From contig CAJVPI010000307.1 of assembly GCA_910592345.1 (NCBI GenBank), forward strand, positions 1-36,031: DNA of 36,031 nt. Direction: 5' to 3'. Numbering within the stretch: position 1 is the stretch's first letter; the number at the start of each line of letters is the position of its first letter. Below are positions 26,124 to 36,031 of the stretch, in pieces. Below the pieces are notes generated by a model. That model did no database searches, was not told the DNA's origin, and saw only the letters and a list, made by a program, of their open reading frames with translations. A program made the translations under genes and the position numbers. This DNA comes from Paraglomus brasilianum (Eukaryota).

Positions 26124-28805
26124 ACGATACTAAATATTTATAATAAATAGAATTTTTATTGATCGACCGGATACTTTGGAGTTACGAGTTTGTAGAGCTG
26201 TAAACAGACTTTACGTGGAAATTCACAGACTTAAACTTATTTGTTCTGATTGAGTTACGCGTAATCCGGTCATGTCAAAAAAATTTTATTTTTTTTTGAG
26301 ACAGTCTTATCTAAGTGATGAAGAATGGGATGGATTTGACTCGAAAACTAAAGGCATCGCCTCTCTTGACGAAGGCTATTCGGTGGTGCAGTCCCCGACG
26401 AAAATAATGGCGGTGACAATTGTTTTTATGGTTTTTATAAAAATCCAATACAAAAATCGGTTATCTGTTATTATAGTAATATGTAAATGTATTATTGTTT
26501 TCTTGTTTACTTAGTAAACATGGTTAAAAAATACCTTTGTCTTTATATTTGCATTTTAATAATCTCAGTTTAGATTTGGATTAACTATAAACTTTCTCAA
26601 ACCTACTATAGTAATAGATGTTCCCGTTTTAGAAATTAAAATTTGGAAGATTACAAATCGAAAAATATAATTTTTGTCCGATATACAGTTTGCTTGTCAA
26701 TTTACTCAAAATTTTAGTCATAAAATTAAAAGAAAGCCACTTTTTATCTTGATTTTTTGCAGTAATGATATCAGTCTTGAACTTATGTCAAGTAACCTTT
26801 TTAAAAATAATAAAGAACAAAATTGATATTTTTTTTTTAAAAAAAAAAAACCAAAACACTGGCCGCCATTGTATTTGTGCAAGGCATCATCATAGAACAG
26901 AAATCTGTAAGATTGTCCCGGTTAGAAGCATGAACATGCGACAGTTACAAAATAGAATTTGTTTGTCAATTATCCATAGAAATAACCAAACCACGGAAGC
27001 ACTTACACCTATTGTAATGATAACAGGTAGAGAGTGATACATAAATCGTATGAACTAAACGGTCAACTTTCGTTCATCATAAAACTTGTCAATTTAATGC
27101 TGTGGACTTAACCATGTACGCTTTGGTTTGCTGTAGTATTTGCCATATCCAGTCAGGTTTTACATGTAATTAGTCGGGGTATATGAAATATCATTCATTA
27201 TTTATCGATTATTATTATGTAAAATTTGCTATTACATATTATCATAATATGAATAATCCCAATTAAATTATCTTATATTATATTAGTTATATTTATCTTT
27301 CAATTATAATAACAATCGTATTTTCCAAACATCCCGCTATTACTATGGTTGATAATTTAAATATAGATATATGAGCATCATTCGCGTGGATATTGGATTA
27401 AGTTCTTATTACTCAAGCGTTAACAAATATTATTTTCATAATTGGCCGTCGTATCTCAACTTTAATGTTAAAAATAACTTCTAAAGTTATACTCATACAT
27501 GACTGTCGCTTACAAATAAACTGAGATCATCAGACGCGAGGTTCGCGGCATTTCGTGAGCCAATTAGAGGTCATTATCATGCAATGGTAAGAAGGCAATG
27601 AATTATTTCTCGACATGTCGAGTTACCGGCTATTTACATAGCAAAAAGGAATGTTGAAGTAAAAACATTCTCAAATTAAACCCTATGAAAAAGGCTACGT
27701 TCAGTGGATGTTACTTGTGTATCAATTCGGAGCGAGTCTTTCCGTTATCTCGAAGTAGATGTCTTAATGATAAGTATCTTACGTTGCGAACGTATGACTT
27801 TCTTCCCGATGTATACGTCATAAAGGTCGTAGGTTATTTCCACGTGTTCTTAGCGTCACTTGTTTGACGATCCAATCGCAACGTAATTATTTGCTTCGGC
27901 AGCGTTAGACCAAATAGCTGCTATTGATGAGACAATTTTGTATGTAATGGAAATTCCGCAACTATTTTTAATTAATTCCATTATTTTGTTGTTCCATTCG
28001 GTTTTATCACGTCGTCGCATTCTCAAGTTTTAAGATTAATAACAAACCTTAAACAAACAATAATAACCGAAAGCTTTTAACATACTCATGCAGTTCTCGA
28101 GAGCATTTAACGTTACTTTCGTGTATCACAAGTCAATGTTGAATATATCGGGACCTCCCCTCCTTGAGAAAAAGACCGAGAACTTTGACGAGGGCAAGGT
28201 TGAAGGTATTGAAGGAAAAAATAGCGAATCTACCCTAAAAAAAGAAAGACACGATGTATATGCCCCCTCCTTAAAAGTCTTTGCCAGGATATAACCAAAA
28301 AAAGCGAAAAAAAGAAACACTCTGTCTTAAATTAGATATACAGAAGCTGCACCGATTTTTATTTCACTTACGCTAGCGAGGTTATAACGTAAGGTTCATG
28401 AGAACTGTTTACCTGTTGGAAAAAAGGTTCGCTAACTTGTCTTACTGATGTTTGTTCACGTTCTACTCTATAAGAATAATGGAATAAATCACGACCATTT
28501 GTTCTCGTGAGCAAATTTTACCTAATGCGAGTTAATAGACGATCAAAGAATTGTCTTTCTGTCTGAAACTAACATGTGAGAGCGAGGGCTAACACGTGCT
28601 GTTCTTTCTGGTACTTAATATTAAGACACTTGTACTCTCGTGATACTTCTCAGCTTGACCGCAGCGTGGGACTGTATCAGCAGTGTCACACCATGCCTCA
28701 ACGCACGTTCTTGGCTTTTGACGTAAATACTAATAGTAAACTATTCACAACATAATCTTGACTTTCCTTCTTATCTTGCGTATTTGTCCTTGATTCAATT
28801 GCAAC

Positions 28806-30621
28806 ATGTCTCTACAACCCGGGTTAGTGCTGTCTGACACTTGTTGTGATTGTAAGTTTAACCCTGTCTTATACATTCTATTTTGATGATTTTTCTTCGT
28901 CTATAGCGAATCTGAAAGTCCAGTTACTGGGGGGACTGCAGTAAAGACTATCCACGGCTCGTTAGTATCTTCGAATTATAAGCTATCGTCCTCCCATCAG
29001 CAGCCACATTTAACATCTAGGACAAAGACAATACAAGATACCCAGAGTAAAAGAGTTCTTAAAAAACCGCCTGGTACAATCGGCGGCTTTGATTCACAAC
29101 AGAATTATTTTACAAGAGTTCGTGACTATGTGTGAGGATCTTTTAAGAGTTGAATGTCATGTTTACGTATAAAAATCCCTTTCGATCGAATTACAATAAA
29201 TTCTTTCTCCCCTGAACAGAGATCCCTCAGGTAAACTGAGTTTCCGCGGGAAGGCTGTTCTCCACGCACAAGGAGTAGACTTCAGCAACGGTGTTAGTTA
29301 TAAGATAAATATGGAAGAATTCAAGTACATTGAAGAATTAGGTAAAGGCCAGTTTGGTACTGTGCAGAAAGTGCTACATATGCCTACAGGTGCAATCATG
29401 GCAATGAAGGTTAGTGAAATGAATGACTTCCTTTAACTGTAATATTAGTAATGGTGATCATAATTCGATGACTTTCTAACTAGGAAATACGTTTGGAGTT
29501 GGATGAGAGCAAACTCAGTCAAATACTTATGGAATTAGACATTCTCCACGGATCTAACAGTGCCTACATTATCGAGTTCTATGGAGCGTTCTTTGTAGAG
29601 TCTTGTGTATATTATTGTATGGAGTATATGGATGCGGGTTCTTTGGATAAACTATATGGCGCCGGGGTTCCTGAAGATGTGTTAGCGACAATGACAATTT
29701 CGGTAAGTTTCATATGATATTAGTTTTATCACAAATGTCTGTAAATTGATTTCACTTTAACGCGATCAGATGGTCAAAGGATTACAATTCATGAAGGATG
29801 TACTGAACAAAATACACCGAGGTACATAATATTTGCGTTTCTTTAAGTGATACATGCTATGGATTAAGTCATTGAAGACAACATCTCTATCTGCAGACGT
29901 GAAGCCAACAAACGTCCTTGCAAATATGAAAGGGGAAATTAAGCTATGTGACTTTGGTGTATCCGGTCAGTTAATACGGTCTCTTGCTAGAACTAATGTT
30001 GGGTGTCAGAGCTATATGGCGGTATGTTTGTTTAGATACTTTGATTAACTTCTGTCATGATAATATAACTGACAGATGAATTCCTTATAGCCCGAACGTA
30101 TAGAATCGCAAAGTACTTACACAGTTCAATCAGATGTGTGGTCTCTTGGGCTCTCCATTATTGAACTGGGTTCTGGTAAATACCCGTATCCCATTCCGGA
30201 CAAACATAGTGGTTTTCTTGGACAGATAATCGCTATAATCAATGAAGATCCTCCCTCATTACCGGCAGACAAATTCTCTGAAGATTCTCGGGACTTTGTT
30301 GCTCAATGGTATGCTAACTTGTTATATAACGCAATAAACAGTTGGTTCTGTTTTTTCTCAAACTGCCATCATAAGTTTAATTTCTACTCTGTACAGCTTG
30401 AACAAGGATCCACAAGCACGTCCAACCTATGCTCAGCTTCTGGTACGTGGGTTTTGCTCCTTTAACACATGAAAATCACTATAGTACCATTTTGACATTA
30501 TTCCTAAAATACATAGGAGCATCCTTTTCTGAAAACATACGAGAATGCTAACGTTGACATGAAAGGTTGGGTGCAAAAAGCTTATGAGGCTCGCTTGGCA
30601 GCAGCAAATAAGCGATCATGA
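28806..30621 (+). CDS. PBS2: MAP kinase kinase of the Pbs2/Wis1 (HOG pathway) type, ~398 aa
   Basis: Exons 28806-28822, 28907-29131, 29220-29409, 29484-29702, 29770-29821, 29897-30021, 30091-30308, 30397-30442, 30517-30621 (1197 nt). Pbs2-like [81 protein letters not shown]. The start exon is the least certain. Confidence 0.88.
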
Positions 30622-31664
30622 TATATATCGTAGATAGAATTTCGATGTTAAAGGTTTATTTAATGTTACTTTTGACAATCACATAGAATCTTGAGAGAAA
30701 AGTTTTTCTACTTTAGGCTTTATACGCAAAATTCTTTCGACATTTGGAACACTCAGATAGTAATACTGCACGTTGATTGTTTCAGCAAACTTTGCCACTT
30801 TTATGTTAATGACAAAGCTACTATAATGTCTTTGACTGGAGACTAGTAGGATCATGTTTGGTTTGCGAGAGTTTACATCAGCGGAGGATTATTCAGACAG
30901 GGAAGGGGTCCACCGTTGTAATTATTACCGTAATTCTTATGTACGTATAAGAGTTAGTATAATACGTCAAGTTACTGATATTAATACAACCAAATTTTTA
31001 TGATCGCATATAGCGGTATGTGTGAATGCGAAATAAAATCCCAGGTAGAATCTCATACAAATTTTTTTGTTATACGAAAAATTGACCGTTCCTGCTTAAG
31101 TTCTCGATCCAAGCTCTTTACGTAATGTTTTAAGATGCACACCTATCATCACATCTGTCAAAGCAGCCGACAAAAGAGTTTAAGGGAATAAGTTGATTGC
31201 TTTGACCCTATAATCTGCCTAATAGAAGCCTACAACACTTCTTATTCATTGTACTCAAATAGAGTAAATCAGTTACACAGTGAAAGTCGCGAGGACCGTC
31301 GATATAGCGGATTTTGGCTTACTATTACAGTCGTCCCCCATAACGACTAGAACGATGACATACAGTATTAGTATGTCCCACCAAAAGAGTAAAATTTAAT
31401 GCCACAAATTGACAAAAATAGGAAGATTTACTGCCGTTGCACCATTCTTGGAAGCATTATTGGTAACAATATTTTTCTGTTTGTAACATTGGAATGATAA
31501 AAAAGTTGCTTGACTTGGGCAGTTTCATTTACTTGTGACTATAAAGTTTATAGCCATACTAGTCAAAATTTATAGTCACCACTCTGAATGACCCGTCCCA
31601 ATGCGGCGACTATTACTATATCTGTATACGGACTTTTTTTCTGGGACGGAATTTTTATTAGGTA

Positions 31665-32182
31665 CAATCGAGGCTCGTTATAATAGAAAGCCCTGAGCAC
31701 CATTATAACAATCATTACATGTGTCATATAGATCACGATACCTTAAGGGTGACAAATGTCGATAAAGCTATCCAGCCGCAGTTGTTTCTTTGATTGAAAA
31801 CTACGCAGATCAATTTATCTTGTTGCTCTTCCCCTCCTTTTTCCTCTTCTTCATCCGATCCTGTTTGTTCTTCCGCTAAAATCATTCGTACAATATCCTC
31901 ATCCGTGATGCATTTGTTAAAGATATTCTCTTATTGCCAAGTGCTTTAACGTTAAATATCAGTTTTATACCCAATTTAACCAACCAATCATATTGCCTAT
32001 TGGCTGATGCCATATTTCCATTATAGACTGATTCATCAAGAATTCCATCATAGCTAATAACGCGATTTTACTATGAGAATCCATTATAACAAGCAATTTT
32101 TAATATAAGAAAATTGTGTTCCAAAAAAATTTCTCGTAATGCGATTCCATTGTAACGTATCTGTTATAACGAGCTTCGACTG
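31665..32182 (-). mobile_element. Miniature pogo/Tigger-like (Tc1/mariner superfamily) element with TIRs and TA target duplication
   Basis: Left end TA|CAATCGAGGCTCGTTATAATA versus right end reverse complement TA|CAGTCGAAGCTCGTTATAACA. Internal minus-strand relic ITDEDIVRMI...EEEEKE...KKQLRLDSF resembles pogo transposase C-termini. Confidence 0.75.
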
Positions 32183-32201
32183 TAATATAGTAATAGCTAA
32201 T

Positions 32202-32265
32202 AGTGGACTTTTATATTAAACGGATTCAGCTCGATATAACGGATTTCGTGTAACGAAGTCCACTG
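32202..32265. repeat. Short TIR-like relic (AGTGGACTT...AAGTCCACTG|TA)
   Basis: 9-bp inverted repeat at 32202-32210 and 32256-32264, with pogo-like internal GATATAACGGA/TAACG words. Confidence 0.45.
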
Positions 32266-33360
32266 TACAAAGTTTAATTAGCGTTAGAGATAGTTTCATA
32301 CCAATTTTTCATTTAATGAAGTAATCAATAAGCTTTTAAATAAACTTATTTTATTTATTCATGTTTGCGTAATTGAGATATACCAGTTTATTTACGCGCC
32401 ATTTTTGCAACACACTGTACAACCACCAAGACAGCTTTACGAAGATTCCTGAATAAGCATTGAGTCATCCATTATCTATCACGATGTTGCAACATAGCAT
32501 TTAATTATTGCGCGCACGATCGACGAATGTTTGTTGCAACCAATGCTTTTCGCTAGAATTATTTAGTTCATAATAATGTTCCTTTCTACCTTATACTCTT
32601 AAATACTTTATTGATAATTCGTTTCTTGGTAATCATTCGGGAGAGCGTGGACCCCCCGAATATCCCGGTGGCAATTATGATTACTATTCGTCGAAGTAAT
32701 AAATGCGTTTTAGACAGCCTAGTAACCGTCGTTTGCATTTAACTAAAATTAAGAGAAACCACAGCTCCGTTTGAGAATAGCTAAATCCCAAGATCAACGA
32801 CCGATTGCTCCCCCGCAATTGTTGACTCGACATAATTCTTAATGATACCCTCGCATCAAGAACACGGGTTATCAAAGAATTCTTGGACGACAGTATGAAA
32901 TGTTAAATTGGAAATATAAAGGCAGCCAATGGAGATTACGGAATATGGAAAATGCTGTTACATTTTTAAACATAAATTATACATGGCCGATACATGGATT
33001 CACTATTATTAAAAAAGTTAATAGACGTGTTATATTCCGCCGTATTGGATCTGAAGATTGCCCTAAAATTAAGTCCCCCTTCGATTCAACGATTATTAAA
33101 TTGTTGTTTGATAATCGTTGGTACCCTTATTTGGATACGAGTAGGAACTGCATCGTATAGGAATCGATTAAACGCGTGAATAATTAATTTATTAATTTTA
33201 TAGGTCACTCGAAGCATAGTTCAGTCTTAATTGTAAGAGCCACCGGTTGGTGAACACACCTACGTAAAAGATAATAGTCCACAATTAGGCGGAAGTTACG
33301 TGATATGGTATAATAGCTGTATTGCTGCACAGAGTAGCAAAAATATAAAGGATAAAAAAA

Positions 33361-33550
33361 AGAAAGAGAATTAGAGCTGTGGGCTAAAGAGAAATGCAAT
33401 TGGTTGGGAAAAGGTTGTGTGGAGTGATGAATTAAGGTTTACTTTGCTCAAAAATAATGGTAGAGTACGAGTTTGGAGAGAGATACTGTTATAATGCTGT
33501 GTTGTTCCTACAGTCAAACATGGTGGAGTGCGATGAATGGTGGGTGTTGC
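33361..33550 (+). mobile_element. Tc1-family transposase relic (first catalytic Asp region)
   Basis: Frameshifted fragments WAKE, WEKVVWSDELRFTL, GRVRVWR and VVPTVKHGG. Confidence 0.8.
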
Positions 33551-35481
33551 AAAATGCAACTACACCATTTATCAAAAGTTTACGACCGAAAAAGCCGTTA
33601 TATCTTCTAACATGAAACGCCATTAATGGATTTTCTCCACCGGAATATTATAAAGAAAATTGGGTTGCTAACCAAATTTGTTTAAAGTATTTCAGTATGT
33701 CTGCATTAGTCGTGTTTATAAAACGCCTTAAGCCCTGTCTTGTCTTAATTATACAATTGTCAAAAATTGTCTTCAAATAAGCATAATATTCAATGCTCAA
33801 CTCTGTTTATACCGGAAATGTATATAGAATCATCTCACGGACAGATTCTTGCGCACCGTTCGTTTCATATGAAAACTCTTTGTTTGTACCGGAGTCTCTT
33901 ATATACCGGCCCGGACCAGAAAATCACGTGAATTAGGGCAATACAGCATTATACAAGAATGAAGAGAACATAAAAATGCTCACCTAAACAGAGTTGACTG
34001 TATTTTGCACTATACTCTGTTTCACTGAGATTATGAATGCGGAACATTGCTTCAATATTATCCAGAATACACAGGCGACGAATTTGCAACCAGTAAGTCT
34101 CGTTATTAGATATAGTCAAGTCGATATAGTTAGTGGAGATTGTACCACCTGATGGGTTTTGATACAAACAGTTTTGCTAGACGGATATAATACCATATAT
34201 GCATCATTGTATATTAACACAATACATCATGTCCGATACGTACCGCTTGGAAATTAATTGCAGAGCTCGGCCACAAATTCAACAAATCAAGTCAGTAATT
34301 CAACGTCGAGACATAAATCAGGCCACATAATAAAAACAGGCCGTGCATTCCAAGTTCAAAAATCAAATTACTAATTGTCAGTCTTATTAGTGTTAAACCA
34401 TTCATTACTTATCTTCTAACTGAAGATGTCTTACAACAAGCATAATTTTTAGAACAAAAAGAATTTGCAACAGAAAATGATATCAGATACATACGCAATA
34501 TAATTCGTGAATCAGTAGAAAGGTCGATCACTGATAGAATTTATTAACCAATAAAATTGCCATACCTTAGTTATATCCCACCTCAGATATATATATCTCA
34601 AAAGGCTTGGGTCCTTCCTTGCTTGTTTCTTCGTTTTTTGAACGGGCTGAACGGTATGATTGTTACATTAAACAACTTAGTACCAGTACATTTCATATAA
34701 ATCTTTCAGATGTTAGATTCGTCAGTAGAAACTAACGTTTGAGTCGCACTTATATATGAACTTTAACTATGTCGAAAATTCTTGATATTGTGAAGTTTTG
34801 AAATACATAGCACTGGATATGTAGGTTCCTACTCTTTTTCTGTTATACAAAAAGACCAACCTCCTTCTATTAAACAGACTATTGAGTTTTCGAAGTCTGA
34901 TTTACTGTGCTGAATATAATTAATAATAAAGGACACTCAAAACCTGAAGATCATAATTGCAGATGGATATTACATATATTGAAGTGTATACTTACCTAGC
35001 AAAAAAGTATTGGCGATTTTCGTCGATCAATTACTTTCTAATGATTAAAGCAGTTTTTATGCAAGTTTCCATAATGAAGCCGATTTAACATCAACACTTA
35101 ACTGTTTCTTCTGCAACACCGCTTATCAATTTGTTTTAAGGGAGAAGAAATAAAGGTAGAGAAATTTTGAGCCTATAATTTGGTCATAACTTTTTTTTGC
35201 GAAAGCAGCGATTATAATGTGAAGAGTAGAAGATGTCTACTTAATACAACTTTACCTCTTTACTTAGCGCAGGGCAAGAAAAAGAAAGCTTGTTGGGTTG
35301 TTACACCAGCGATTCTAACCGATTATGAGGCGATTATAACTGATTCTATTTGCTGAAATTGTGAAAAAGTGCTATATGCTATTTATTGATTGACGATTCT
35401 GATTATTTCACTGCATATATATATACGTTATAGTCTAACTTCTTCTGAATCTATACATAAGCTAATACTTTGTTGGCCAGT

Positions 35482-35556
35482 CCATAAATGTTCAAATCTG
35501 GTGATTGGCTTGGCCAATTAGGTAAAGTTCTGATCATCCTTTCTGCAACCCATTCA
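35482..35556 (-). mobile_element. Tc1-family transposase relic (WPSQSPDLN motif)
   Basis: EWVAERMIRTLPNWPSQSPDLN within ORF 35451-35636. Confidence 0.7.
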
Positions 35557-36031
35557 TGCTTTCCACTTTTACCAATGGGCCTAACTAAGCCTTTGACAGA
35601 AAAACTTAATCCATCGTTTAAAAAGCCCAAAACCACAGTTCAAAGTAAAGATTAAAATTAACTGATTCAGTTATAGTTTTAGTCCCAATTATTATTTATA
35701 CGTATGAGTGCCGTACCACGATTTATACGCATAAATCTAAATTATTATCTCAATCGGCGGATAAACGCTGAGTTATGTAATAAGACTACTGTGTTTTCCT
35801 ACCAAGCATAAACTATGTTTACTTATTAATGTTACGACCCATTCTAGGATTTGACCCGTTATTCAAGTAATCTCCATCAATTTATCAAACTCGGTAAGAG
35901 ATATATGAAGTTAAAGTAATTATTAGACATGTTTATTTAAGTATGTCAATCTTAAGGACAGGACGATGTTAAATGAAAAGTTGGGTCTTCGCTTATGATG
36001 TTAAAAATTCGATGCATTATATTTGTTCAGT

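Noticed and set aside
27609..27622. Perfect 14-bp palindrome CTCGACATGTCGAG
   Set aside because: Isolated. About one palindrome of this length is expected by chance in 36 kb.
28088..28320. Overlapping short ORFs upstream of PBS2 as extra exons
   Set aside because: No convincing splice path to the kinase exons and no homology signal.
32840..33160. KGSQWRL...LNINYTWP fragment reminiscent of GSGW motifs in Polinton/PolB-associated proteins
   Set aside because: Too short and degenerate to support without an HMM search.
33949..34340. Possible minus-strand exon(s) with GT/AG boundaries
   Set aside because: The neighbouring putative exon contains stops and no product is recognisable.

Overview
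Intron-rich eukaryotic DNA, almost certainly from an early-diverging fungus (Mucoromycota-like: Glomeromycotina/Endogonales-style tyrosine-kinase-like (TKL) kinases, short GT-AG introns, AT-rich intergenic DNA with many transposon relics). Splicing by hand gives six apparently intact genes: (1) a division-2 chitin synthase with an unusual N-terminal ankyrin-repeat domain (175-4390 +); (2) a TKL kinase fused to 24 near-identical 28-aa ribonuclease-inhibitor-type LRRs (6327-9536 +); (3) a paralogous tandem kinase-pseudokinase gene, formed by an in-frame fusion of two further copies of that kinase, whose second domain has DFG->GFG (11627-14054 +); (4) an SLC35/DMT-type transporter with a 10-nt microexon (15309-16988 -); (5) the YAK1/DYRK kinase, with a GC-AG intron (20848-24554 -); (6) a PBS2/Wis1-type MAPKK (28806-30621 +). 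It also holds a decayed IS607-type element with a serine recombinase, a Fanzor2/TnpB nuclease and a likely spliceosomal intron (~17190-18375 -), plus several Tc1/mariner and pogo-like relics. The best candidate for an undescribed system is the kinase-LRR plus kinase-pseudokinase cluster, which resembles an immune or non-self recognition locus. All gene models come from manual splice-site reading and are not RNA-validated.
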